Notes under the pieces: model-generated
Databases searched by the model: none
What the model was told of the DNA's origin: nothing
What the model saw: only the letters and a program-made list of their open reading frames with translations
DNA from: Ophelia neglecta
Lineage: Eukaryota
Assembly: GCA_965285935.1 (NCBI GenBank)
Contig: OZ260664.1
Span: forward strand, 89,404,001-89,468,000
Direction: 5' to 3'
DNA length: 64,000 nucleotides
Part shown: positions 1 to 12,100 of the stretch, piece after piece
Layout: each line of letters opens with the position of its first letter
Position numbering within the stretch: position 1 is the stretch's first letter
Made by a program: the position numbers and the translations under genes

Positions 1-2
1 GT

Positions 3-1835
3 TCTTCCCTGCATTACGTGATAATGGAGTACAATAGGTTAACACTTAGATACAAGGACAGTCTAGGGGCATACCGGTACAGATACCGACCGTTTAAGGA
101 TGAGACAAAAGCAGTCATCAGCCGCAAGGTCGCAGACCGGAAAGCCACCATTTCTGCTCTATTGGACGCTGGAGCAGATGTAAATGTCGAAACTGAAGAC
201 GGCGTCACGCCATTACACCTAGCCTGTGACATGCTTCTCGAGGGTATTGTTAAATTGATCCTTCTAAATGGGGCTAATGTAAATAAACGTGACAAAAATG
301 GCGAATCTTCCGTTTACAAAGTACTGAAAAAACGGGGATGGACACATAACACCCCGTGCCTTATGAAACTGATCAGAGATATTGTGTCTGCCTTGATTGA
401 AGAAGGCGCCAAATTTCCTACTACAGATTTGGACGGAGATAAACCACTGCATATCGCTTGTCATTTAAAGAGTTTTTACATAGTTAAACACCTCTTACAA
501 AAAGGAGAAGATGTGAACGCAAAGGATGCTGAAAACAATTGTCCGCTACTTATTGCTTTAGACAACTACTACTGTGCTGATTATAGGTCTGTTGTGATAT
601 GTTTGTTAGAGGCTGGGGCTGATGTACACGCCGCTGGAAAGGAAGGATTTACACCACTACATCTCGCCTGCCAGCATGGAGACGAGGTTATAACAAGGAT
701 ACTACTGGAGAGGGGTGCTGGGGTCAATGTCACGGCTAAGCATAACGGCACCCCACTGGCTTGTCTATTCAACCGTACAGACGCTCTAAGCTTTAGAAAA
801 CAGTTTCTCGGCATTGTATCAGTTTTACTGGAGGCCGGAGCTGATACACAGGTCTTAGATGATTCAGACAACTCACTGCTACACCAGGCCTGTCAGCTGC
901 TGGAAGGAGATGTCGTACAGATACTACTATCACACGGGGCGGATGTAAATATTAAAAACGCCGATGGGAACACACCGCTACATTCCCTTGCCATTGAGAA
1001 TCGCAATAACCCCATGGAAAAGGCTAATATCGCAAATATACTACTGACAGCTGGTGCTGATATCAGAGCAAAAAACGTTAACAATAGAACTCCATTAGGT
1101 GACATATTAAGCGGATGTTACGGTTATTGCAAAGAATTGGTCGAGGTTTTCATAGCAAACGGCGCTGATGTTTTAGAATTATGCGCTTCCTTTGACAAGG
1201 TATGTACTATGGGTGGAGCAGTTCACATTGACCGTCTGTGTGAAGTCGGTATTCAATTTCCCTCAGACTTCTATCAATATGAAAAGTGTGCTGTTAATAT
1301 CGGAGCGATTGATTTTTACTATACTCTAAGTAAATGGGCTTATATGTCAATTGCGGTTGTGTTGTGCCGGGCTGGTATGGGTTGTACTGACAGGCTATTT
1401 GAAGCTGTTTGTAACTACCTCAAGTTACAAAAGCTAACAGACACCAATGAAGTCGCTCCCCTGTTGTCTTGCTACTTCAGATTTTGCTATGTGATGATTC
1501 CATACCATACTACACTGATTACGGACATGATGAATGAAGTAAACAAACCAGAACTAGTTAATGTAATGGGTGATATGGCAAATACCCAAGTATGGCCAGC
1601 TTCTCTGAAGGTAATAATGATCTGCGCCATAAGACAGCGGCTGTATGAGATCGGTGTCCCTCTTTCTATACTACCTAGGATTGAGGCACTCCGGAAGGTG
1701 CTGCCCCCTGCTCTACTGGACAGCTTGAGACTAACTGCAGAAACGGACGCCTTTCTAGCCGAGATTTTGAGGCACCAACCTGTACATGACAGAACAACGT
1801 GTAGCAGATATATTACAATGTCAACTGAACTGTAA
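3..1835 (+). CDS. Ankyrin-repeat protein with C-terminal SOCS-box-like motif (5'-truncated by window edge, intronless here)
   Basis: About 10 ankyrin repeats (TPLHLAC, GADVN, KPLHIAC, TPLHSLA). The frame is open back to base 3 (SSLHYV). The C-terminal WPASLKVIMICAIRQRL...IEALRKVLPPALLDSL resembles the SOCS BC-box/cullin-box pattern. Confidence 0.85.
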   Translation, partial: SSLHYVIMEYNRLTLRYKDSLGAYRYRYRPFKDETKAVISRKVADRKATISALLDAGADVNVETEDGVTPLHLACDMLLEGIVKLILLNGANVNKRDKNGESSVYKVLKKRGWTHNTPCLMKLIRDIVSALIEEGAKFPTTDLDGDKPLHIACHLKSFYIVKHLLQKGEDVNAKDAENNCPLLIALDNYYCADYRSVVICLLEAGADVHAAGKEGFTPLHLACQHGDEVITRILLERGAGVNVTAKHNGTPLACLFNRTDALSFRKQFLGIVSVLLEAGADTQVLDDSDNSLLHQACQLLEGDVVQILLSHGADVNIKNADGNTPLHSLAIENRNNPMEKANIANILLTAGADIRAKNVNNRTPLGDILSGCYGYCKELVEVFIANGADVLELCASFDKVCTMGGAVHIDRLCEVGIQFPSDFYQYEKCAVNIGAIDFYYTLSKWAYMSIAVVLCRAGMGCTDRLFEAVCNYLKLQKLTDTNEVAPLLSCYFRFCYVMIPYHTTLITDMMNEVNKPELVNVMGDMANTQVWPASLKVIMICAIRQRLYEIGVPLSILPRIEALRKVLPPALLDSLRLTAETDAFLAEILRHQPVHDRTTCSRYITMSTEL

Positions 1836-2223
1836 CTATTCATCCATGTGAAAAGAACCCACTCTCTTCGTTCGTGAATATCATTTGAAAACTGATCCCT
1901 ATTTTGAATAGGCCTATTTAGTTGTATGTGGGTAAAAATACGAATTAATTGGGTTATTCAAGAATGATTCATGTTGTGAATACATAAAACGTCGGTACCC
2001 AATTATTAGATAAAGTTTGATTATGATAATGTAAATCCTAATGGTATATAAGAACATGTATAGCAATATAGACAGCACATGTATGCTTGTATGCCTAATA
2101 TAAAGGTTGAAATTGAAAGTAATGCTTCAATACATATATTAAGATCTAACTGTATATGTTATATTTTATGTATATGTTATATATATATATATGTTATGAA
2201 TAACTATTTATATTAGGTATGAA

Positions 2224-2360
2224 NNNNNNNNNNNNNNNNNNNNNNNNNNNNNNNNNNNNNNNNNNNNNNNNNNNNNNNNNNNNNNNNNNNNNNNNNNNNN
2301 NNNNNNNNNNNNNNNNNNNNNNNNNNNNNNNNNNNNNNNNNNNNNNNNNNNNNNNNNNNN
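2224..2360. other. Assembly gap (137 N)
   Basis: Run of N bases. Confidence 1.
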
Positions 2361-3173
2361 AAGGCGAGCGCTATTTTGGATCGTTTTACACGAAATTGAT
2401 GCTTGAAATGGCCCAGTCGTTTGTTTACCGTTGTATGTATTGTATTCTATGTATTTGACACGAAATCGATTTTTGAATTATCGACCATGTGTCATGCTTT
2501 TACATGTACGCAATTTAACATAAGATCAATTGTAGCCTATATACTGGCGGGGGCATAAACATGAACATTATCATATGGATCGATGTTAAGTATGGTTCTT
2601 TGTGTACTGTGTTGAGTATAATAATTCAAACTACTTACTGAGTTAGAAGAGGCGTAGGTTTACAGAGTCTGGTTATCCCAGGTGCTGACGCTTTGACATC
2701 AAATTCTCCTCTGACTGACAGTAGACATCATTTTACTGTATCCACTCTGTTTGCTCTGCATCTGATACTTGGTAGGTACAAACTCACCTGCGACTGTGGT
2801 GACCCCTGTTGTCTGATTGGTTCTCTAATATACTGCTTATGTAAGAGCCCTAGTGTGTCATCCTGCTTGATACTATACAAGTGAACTCGGCGCCTAAATC
2901 AGGTTCTGTACCGCCTCCATGATTTAAAGTAAACGACAATCCAGGCATTCTAATGCCAACGGGGATGGGTACGCAGGTGGAGGGGGAAGACCCCCACCCA
3001 CCCCACCCCGCGCTCCCTTCCGGGTGAGCACATCCAGAATAGAAGGAGGGGTGGAGGGCAGGTGGGAAGGGGCCAGACCCCCCCCCTCCCCTTCTGGGTG
3101 AGCACAACCAGCCCGCACCCTCTAGTCAAGGCTTTCTCCGTTAATGACAACCGTATAGTAGGGCTCCACCCCT

Positions 3174-3441
3174 TCACACTGGGCGTGTTCCTGCCCCCTT
3201 CACACGGGGCTTGTTCGTGCCTCTATCACACTGGGCGTGTTCCAGCCTCTATCACACTGGGCGTGTTCCAGCCTCTATCACACGGGGCGTGTTCCAGCCT
3301 CTATCACACGGGGCGTGTTCCAGCCTCTATCACACTGGGCGTGTTCCAGCCTCTATCACACTGGGCGTGTTTATACCCCTACCCGCTGGGCGAGTTCCTG
3401 CCTCCTTCACACGGGGAGTGTTCCAGCCTTTTATCACACGA
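3174..3441. repeat. 26-bp minisatellite (GGGCGTGTTCCAGCCTCTATCACACT), ~10 copies
   Basis: Direct tandem copies visible. They explain the overlapping repetitive ORFs at 3062-3500. Confidence 0.92.
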
Positions 3442-3544
3442 GGCTTGTTGAGGTGCAAAAAACAAAACAAAAACAGTGTCTTGTACTGTACATAGAGTAA
3501 TACTGATGCGTCAGATAAGGTAGCTTCTGTTGGAAACTGGTAGA

Positions 3545-3700
3545 CAAACAAACAAACATATTATCAATCCTTGTTTGTTTATTTGTCTTAATTAACACAA
3601 ATAAACAAACAACACACAAACAAACAACCACGCTTTACAAACACATAAACAAAAAAACATACTCAGCAAACAAACGATTCAGGTAATAAACAAATAATGT
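3545..3700. repeat. Degenerate (AAAC)n/(GTTT)n microsatellite
   Basis: Repeated AAAC/ACAA with a short inverted TTTG stretch. Confidence 0.6.
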
Positions 3701-4099
3701 AAAATCAAAACATTTCGAGAAATGCTACAATGAGGGTTGTGGACTGCGCCTCTATATATTCTAGGCCTATATATATATGTCGCTGACAATATAAATATAG
3801 AAAGGAAAGTATAGGTACACGCTCCAAATTACCATTAACAATTGGCTTATTCCTTGATTAAAGCTATTTTTTATATTTAAGGAATTCCTTCTTTTATCTT
3901 TTTTGATTCCACATGTCTATTTCTGCTATTTGTCTAAGGAACTATATGTGATACTCGCCAGGAAAATTCATTAAACCTGGCATGACTCAGGAGTAGCACC
4001 CGGCCGACTAACTGTATTAGTCCGCTTCGAGGTTTACATTCTATTTCCGACCTGAGTGCGGCGTATTGATATTTAGCTCCGGGTGTGAAGTTGGAGTGT

Positions 4100-6717
4100 T
4101 CAATCGATTTCAGGTAGTTCCGGCGGCGGATTTGGCTCCGTGCCGCTTTGTATTGTGCCAGTATCTCCGGTATTAACAGACCCCGCTACGGGTGTCGGAT
4201 CTATGTCGGTCTCCTTGGCGGTGGGCGTGGCGCGTTCCTCCCGAACTTGTTCCTGTCCCTCCCCCGATTTATCCCCGTCCCTGTCCACGCTCCATTCCCC
4301 ACCGCTCCCCGAAGGGTCTTCTTCACTATCTTTCACCCCTAAATCCCCTTTATGCTGGTTGTGTTCCCTAGGTAACGTGTTCTTCTGGCCTTCATCATCC
4401 ATAGCGACAGGGCTAGCCGAACCCTGCCTTTGTCCCTTTGTCCCTGCCACGTGCCTGTCTTCCTCCCCTTCCCTATGGTATCTGACCTCCGTATCTGGGG
4501 ATGTCTGTATTCTATCCCCAGCGTCTAGAGCCACCGCCTCTTTCGGTGCCTCCTTCTCTCCCACCCCGGAAACAACATCCCCGTCAATCGCATTTTCTCC
4601 TTCCACAACTACTAGGCCGCTCTGCTCTCCATCCGCTTTTTCGGACTCCCCCGTGCCCCCAACAAAATCATGTCCCTTTTCTTCCATCTTAGCACTCCTA
4701 AGTGGCGCCCCCTCCTCCCTCTACATATCCCGACTTACAATTGGCGCCCCCTCCTCCCTCCCCAAGTCCCTCGGGCTGGACCCTGTGTCTGACGCGTCAT
4801 CGTGGATGGGAAGGGTCACATTAATTTCACCCTTTGACCTTTCGCCGACCTTTGAACTTTCGCCGACCTCGATATTCGTCACGCCTGTAGTTCCAATTAT
4901 ACTTGGTTTCCCCGCTTGTTCTCCGCCAAGGGGACGACGATGGTCGTTCGAAGATGACCTCTGACCTACTGACCTATTTTCGAACGTTTCCATTGGAGTC
5001 GTTTTGACGTCTGGCTTCACGCCCTCTTCCGTATGCGCTTGCGCACTTATTTTGCCAGGCGTCTGTTGAGCCAAGGTATTTCCTATGCTGCTTTCTTGGT
5101 CTTGGCGCAATTGTCCCGTGAGACTGCTAACTTGTTTGCCCGTTTTACCTGCGGCATCTTCCTTGTCCACTTCGGAAATATTCGATATTTTGCCTTCGGT
5201 ATTTTCCGGCGTGTCTCCCGGATGACTCGTCTCGTCCAGGGAGGCGATGAGGCGGTCCATGGACTCCGACCTGCGCAGGTTCTATTTGGGAGTTTGATTT
5301 GTACATTCGTACAGAAGGAATTTCAATGTTTTCTCGGTCAAACCCGTTGTACATCTGGAGTTGTGAGCTGAGGACGCGAGTGGCCTGAGATTTTGTGGGC
5401 GATCTGGTGCCCGGGACTGATTCGCCCATACCCGAGTCCTGGAAAGTAGTTGCCCTTGACATCCATCCTCTGTTGTGCGCTGCGAAATCGCCCTTGGCGT
5501 GATTAGCCGCTGCCTGTTCGCCTACTTCCGGACCGGATGTGCGCGGAGATTTGACCTTAAGCACGGCGTTGTGTCGTATTCCTGACTTGATTCTCTTTTC
5601 GCCGTAGGTGGGCATTAAATCGTAGTATTTGGGGACGATTTTGAAAGCCCCGCCAATGGTGGAGCTGTTGTTCTTGGTGCGTCTCAGTTGGTACAAGGTC
5701 ATCTTCAGCTCCGACGCCAAGTGCTGCTCCACTCCCACCGGATGTCCGTAGTGACTTAGTAGATCCAGAGTGTTGGTGACCCCTAGCCGATAGGGCGGCT
5801 TATGACTCGCGCGTGCCGACGACCGCCCATGCGCAGTTGGTTGAATGGGGCGCTTTTTCAAGGGCGCTCGTTTGACATTGATACTGGGGAGCGTCTTTGA
5901 GCGGTCGAATGCGTCGTAAATGTTCTCGTCCAAGCCGGTGTAAGCGTTCACCTCTCGCCTGACATAGACCCCATCCATGGGGCTCTGGCCGCTCATCATC
6001 CCCCTGTCCCTGTTCTTAGTAAGTCTGTAGTAGTCCCAGGGGTCGTGGTACATGTCACTGACCTTGGGAGGGAGTTGGTCTATCTTGGTCCCTTTGACAC
6101 GTATTCGCTGCATTTGGAGGAGGTCGCCGGAGGTGAGCAACCTGGCGTTGCAGCTGTAATGAGCGCTGAGGCTGGTGCCGGTGCGGATATCGACGGCCGT
6201 GCTCCGCTCACGATCCGGCTTGGGCGCGAACCCCGGGGTCTCAGGTACGTCTGCCACCACAAAAACCGCCTCCTTGTGTCGGGGGTGAGCGCTCAACCGG
6301 TCAGCCGCGCTGTACGGCTTGGGACAGGGAGCGCGTTCAGTGCCCCGGGGAGTAGTGGCCGCCCTGTCCGGGTTCGGGTAGCCCCGGCTCTCATAATCCA
6401 TACGAGCCGGGGCGGACTGCGCGCTGAGGCTGCTGTGAGTCCTCTCCATGGGCAGGGAGCGGCCAGGGCGCCACTCCTTCTTGGTGAAGGGGCGCAGCTC
6501 CACGATGGGTAGGTGCTCGTCCCAGTCGGGGGCTCGGGCCGCCTCTGCCACCAGCATCCTCCCCTCGTACCCCACACGCTGGCGGCGCTGCTCGGTCTTA
6601 CAAAGGTTGACGGTCACAGAGCCGGACGGGGCGGCGCCAGATACCGCCGGGCGCTTCTTTCTGGAGGTATCGACGGACCGAGAGGAGGCGGTGTACTCCT
6701 CGGCCGGGAGGGTCAGT
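4100..6717 (-). pseudogene. Large terminal exon of an uncharacterised low-complexity/disordered protein, with a frameshift and an in-frame stop
   Basis: GC-rich coding-like block with acceptor ttgtttcag ending at 6718. It is covered by ORFs 5145-6617, 4721-5260 and 4100-4687, with a frame change near 5260-5400 and an in-frame TAG at 4721-4723. No recognisable domain. Confidence 0.55.
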
Positions 6718-7310
6718 CTGAAACAACAAGAACAACAATTAGGACACTTCAGGAGCTTTACAAACGAATCTAGAACTGTCTACACTCTTTTCAGTGGGCT
6801 GCTATCTTCCTACAAGAGAAGTATAGAAAAAATATAATAATACCTCTTCAAAATCTTTCAATTTTTAGTTATGACCTATACGTGTATTTGTATACAATCG
6901 ACCTAAACGCAAGCCAACCTCGATATATTTAATATTCCCAACACAGAGCCCTTGTATAGGATATGAAGGAAGACCTATAATGATTTGTTTCTGCAAGCCA
7001 CTTTAAATCACTACTGAAATATGTGTCAGGTCAAAGGGCAATGTACTATCAAGGGTCTCTCAGATCGAGTGCCTTTATAATGTCTTCACGGAGTCTTAAA
7101 CACACGGTCTTACACACACGGAGGAGAGGGGGGGGGGGGGCATGTAGTTGTTACCTATATGCTTGTTTACATGTTGTGTATGGCCAAAAGGCAGATACGT
7201 ACAGTGTGTACGACCTGGATATACTTATAATACGGCATGCTATGGCCTATGTATACGGATTAAGTAAAGCCAGTGTTTACATATAAGGTATGGCAAATGT
7301 CTACGAATTG

Positions 7311-8123
7311 TGTATTCCCTGTGTATACGTATTGTGTATGGCCTGTGTATGGCTTGTGTATACGTATTGTGTATGCCCTGTGTATGGCTTGTGTATACAT
7401 ATTGTGTATGCCCTGTGTATACGGATTGTGTATGTCCTGTGTATAAGGATTGTGTATGCACTGTGTATGCCCTGTGTATATGTATTGTGCATGGCTTGTG
7501 TATACTTATTGTGTATTCCCTGTGTATGCCCTGTGTATACGTATTGTGTATGCCCTGTGTATACGTATTTTGTATGCCCCGTGTATGCCCTGTGTATACG
7601 TATTGTGTATGGCTTGTGTATACGTATTGTGTATGCCCTGTGTATACGTATTGTGTATGCCCTGTGTTTACGTATTTTGTATGCCCCGTGTATGCCCTGT
7701 GTATACGTATTGTGTATGCCTTGTGTATACGTATTGTGTATGCCCTGTGAATACGTATTGTGTATGCCCTGTGTATACGTAATGTGTATGCCCTGTGAAT
7801 ACGTATTGTGTATGCCCTGTGTATATGTATTGTGTTTGCCTTGTGTACACGTTTGGTGTATGTCCTGTGTATACGTATTGTGTATGCTCTGTGTATACGT
7901 ATTGTGTATGGCTTGTGTATACCTATTGTGTATGCCTTGTGTACACGTATTTTGTATGCCCTGTGTATACGTATTGTGTATGCCCTGTTTATACGTATTG
8001 TGTATGTCCTGTGTATAGGTATTGTGTATGCCCTGTGTATGCCCTGTGTAAACGTATTGTGTATGCCTTGTGTAGAGGTATTTTGTATGCCCTGTGTATA
8101 CGTATTGTGTATGCCCCGTGTAT
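7311..8123. repeat. 24-bp minisatellite (GTGTATACGTATTGTGTATGCCCT) built from two related 12-bp halves
   Basis: About 30 tandem copies with occasional single 12-bp units. The 8-aa periodic ORFs here are artefacts of the repeat. Confidence 0.95.
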
Positions 8124-9036
8124 ACAAGATTTATTTCATTGATAAATGGATATTTACTTCACTCAAACAGTGTTTGTGCTCCAGTAATAGGCCAGAACAC
8201 TGAGTGAACAAGACACGTAATATAATATAAAGGAATCATATTCAATTTCTAACGGTTATTGATCCGCATATCATAACACAACAGTCCACACAATCCAAGG
8301 GGGTAATAAACCCGTCGACATGGACCAGGATTATTGAATTAAAAAGGGTTTCTGAAAGGGATGAAAACCAGACTACTTCAGTTCGAATGTGTCCCGACTA
8401 CCGACTTCGGATTATAGGAGCGAACACTGTACGGGCAATTACGAAAAGAACCTGGTCAAGTGCTGAAAACAGTTACGTGCACGTCACGAGTCTGGGTTAT
8501 TGCTGGGTTGTTCCTCAACATGCATTTTGCCTATTGTACGTACATTGGTACATGTAATTGTGCTGTGCGCCACTGCAGACTGGCTCTCATATTGATATCT
8601 GGCTTGGGTTTGTTTATATATTAGATATATTATATATATTATATGATGAGGAGCATGAAGTAGGGACAGGGATAAGCTTTCTCGGTGAATTAAGGTAGCG
8701 ATAGCTGAGTATGACGTCACGGTATAGCGTCACAGGGGAAGGGTCACTAAGGCACTGTGTATAGTCAATATAAACCTTTCATTTTAAATAAAGCCCAGAA
8801 GAAGGCAGGTTTGCCTGCCGAAAATTCGACATTTATACCTTGGTGTTTTGTTTTATTTTAATATCATATTGTTACGATTGATATATATATTATATATATA
8901 TTATATATTTGCAGGTGATTTTCCGAAAGCTCCAAGAAAAGGGAAGTTCGAAACTAAAATCCAAGGATCCGTGTAAGTCACAATATGGTGCCTCCAAATA
9001 TGGAGATGAATAAATGTCGAAGCAAAACAGTTTAAC

Positions 9037-9153
9037 CGGGCGAGGAAAAACAGTTCACAGGGCGAGGAAAAAAGTTCACAGGGCGAGGAAAAACAGTTCA
9101 CATGACGAGGAAAAACAGTTTATACAGCGAGTTATAACTTCTTAGGGCGAGGA
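9037..9153. repeat. 21-22-bp tandem repeat (GGGCGAGGAAAAACAGTTCACA)
   Basis: About 5 copies, degenerating to the right. Confidence 0.85.
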
Positions 9154-12100
9154 AATACGGGACCCATGTAAATGAACGATATTTACCAGTCGTAAATTGT
9201 AAGCTTATAAGCAAACACAGCCAAACTTCCTAGCTCTATGACAAATTGCAAAGAAGCATCACTCAAGTAGACCAGGTAGACGCTAGTTGTACCACAGTAC
9301 CTGAATTGATGTCATTGGTTTTACTAGTGATATCTGACGAGCTTAATCGTATTTATTGCCTCCTTTTGGTTGTTACCATAGTGATATTTCAAGATAACGT
9401 TGGCCGTGCTTTATGTGGAAAATGTTGAACCTTTTTATGTGCATAAATGAGAGATTTCGGATAAAAGCTATTTCGGAGCAAGAAATTAATGCCCCATTAT
9501 ACTTTAATAATCTGTTAACATTTTACGTCAACGAGAGTATCGATATAAGCCCAAATTACTTTTTGAAGCTTATAAAAGGCTTCAGTTTGTCGCAAATTCT
9601 AAGTTTAAGCCATTATCAATACCTTAATTCTACACAGTGTCAAGTCCTTACTAAGGAGGCTTTGTTCTATTCGTCGTAAATAAGTGGTTATAAAGACGTG
9701 ATACAGATAAAGAGTAGTTTTTTTTCTCAGGATTGACTAGAACCACCGCTACATAAACATTGCCTCCTTTACAGAAGAGTACTCTACAAGAGAAACGGGT
9801 AAATGGATACTGTGAAACGTCACTAATAAGTAAATAAAATATTTTAATTATAAAAATTAAGTAACCGGGCCCTGGAAACTAGCAACGACTCGAGAAGATA
9901 TCGAAGTGCAATGGTGCGCTGCTCATAGTGGTTTTCAACCCATCAATCTCATTCACTAACGGACGTCTTCACACATTCTGCTCGATTTCTGTATTTCGCT
10001 ATGTTTATAACAGGGTTTTACATTTCATGCAACAACACATAACTATTTACTAACCGATGTTTTCGAGGATATTGTTAGATTTCTGTATTTTTCGCTGTTT
10101 ACAAGCAGGGTAGTGCAATCCACAACTAAACCCAGAACTTAGATAAAGTGTTCATAGTAAGTGCACCGCCTTAAATGGTTTCTGTGGATATTAAGCCTTT
10201 CGATGATCGGGAAAACTTGTCCTTTATGACAAACTTGTCTACCTGAGCTTTTCCACATTGGCCTACCAGACGTACAAAGTCGTTAAGAAATATGACGTCA
10301 CTCCAGCCCATAATATACCGTAAGCCAAGAAAGGTTCACGAGCAGGTAAATTTTGCGAATCCTATTCACCCTATATTTTCGGCCTGAAATCTCGGCGCTG
10401 AGCGACAATAGAGGGACTTCCAATGAACAGCATGGCTTCGTAAGGACACAGGCAACTATTTTTACCAGCTGTAAAATGGCACAAATTATTAGCTGGCAAA
10501 AACAATCCTGATATGCTACTATAAGGAAAAATCTTAACGTGTTATTTTTAAGAGACCTAATTCTAGACTTCAGTAGAACTTATATATTTGAGGTAGCCAT
10601 ATGTATTAGTGTGTGTTTAAACTCGATGTTATTTATTGGAGGATGATTATTATAGTATATTTGGAATATGGGTAGTATAATACAATTAATGAAATTAAGT
10701 ATGACCAAGTGGCTTAACTGGTGTTATTCCTATACCAGTTTATTATCAACTATGATGCTGTTGTAGTGCTCAATTATCTTTAAATACAGCTGGCTAAACT
10801 ATAGAAATGCACTAATTATTAAGTATATTTTTTATATCATTCATCATTCGTTCATTTCTAATTTGTTAGAAAACAGCACAGTTGGATACACAATATTACA
10901 AATCACATTTAGCTCTACGTTAAATGTCAATAATGTAAATAATTGGCTTCCAATTGCAAAAGTGACAGAAATATTACCTGTAAAATTAAACTGTGAGAAA
11001 ATAACAATCCATTTCTAGATGTAACCTGTTAGAGGGGGCCTTTGTTAGGGGACTCATGTAAATGAACGATATTTACCAGTCGTAAACTGTAAGCTTATAA
11101 GCAAACACAGCCAAACTTGCTAGCTCTATGAAAAATAGGTGTGCCGAGTTTGACTGACTTAAGAGTTTATCACAGAGCGCCATTGAATAGCCGATACACA
11201 TTGAAAAACTTCAATATTTTGCACACCATAAATTTCCCTATAAAGAGGGAAGTATAACTGTCCCACTTAAGTCAGTTCTGATTGACATTGGCCACATGGC
11301 GATATTATTCGGTAAGTAGAACATCTCTAGTGTGGTGAGTAACATTGATCAGCATAGGGCCTGCATGGGAAAAATCTATAGCAGAATTAATGAAACTTTC
11401 AACACTGGCTGGCCACTACGTCTGTCTCGTGAGTGAGAGTCCGTGTGACGGTGATAATAGTCACTTTAGCCAGATCTGCAGGGAGAATTTTTCTTCGGGT
11501 AAGTGTATCTATCTGTACCTCGCCTAAATAATAATATTTAGTGAGAATGTAGTCTGAAATGATACGAAAGGAGGGTACCAAATTTTTATTTTTAGCTCAT
11601 TCAGCCGTGTTGAAATATCCAAATGATCATACCTCGGCTTATCAACGGTTTTGGACAACATATTTTAAGGATGCATTCATGTTAAGACCCTGAACCTGCG
11701 ATTTTTAGTGTATTATTGTTTAAAAACGCAACCCAGTGTTTTGAATTTTTCAAATGTTCATATATGGGCGCTTTATCAAGTGGTTTTGAATATAAATTTG
11801 TTGACAATATTAAGTGCATCCCTAGGTTTGATATTTTCAAATGGATATAGCTAAGGTGTTTTTAAGGATCTGCGCGATTTCTATTGCCGTATTTTTGAAG
11901 GGCTCAATTATTGTCTAAGATTCATGCATATATTTTGGAGGGAAATTAGGCTTGGTTAGTATTTGCAGTTGGCCTGGAGAATTGGTAGAGAAAGGACCAA
12001 TTTGTGTCAGTTTGTGTCAGGATTTATGGTTTCAAAATTGGGTTTGTCAAAGAAAATTGTTCCCTTTGTGGTCCTGTGTTATAAATATATATTTTAGTTT

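Noticed and set aside
2219-2458. ORF spanning the N run
   Set aside because: Artefact of the assembly gap.
3062-3500. Repetitive ORFs or a possible CRISPR-like array
   Set aside because: Head-to-tail 26-bp repeats with no unique spacers, in eukaryotic context.
4140-4964. 274-aa Ser/Pro-rich plus-strand ORF
   Set aside because: Antisense shadow of the Glu/Gly-rich minus-strand exon.
7240-8203. Long Cys/Tyr/His-rich ORFs in many frames
   Set aside because: Translations of the 24-bp minisatellite.
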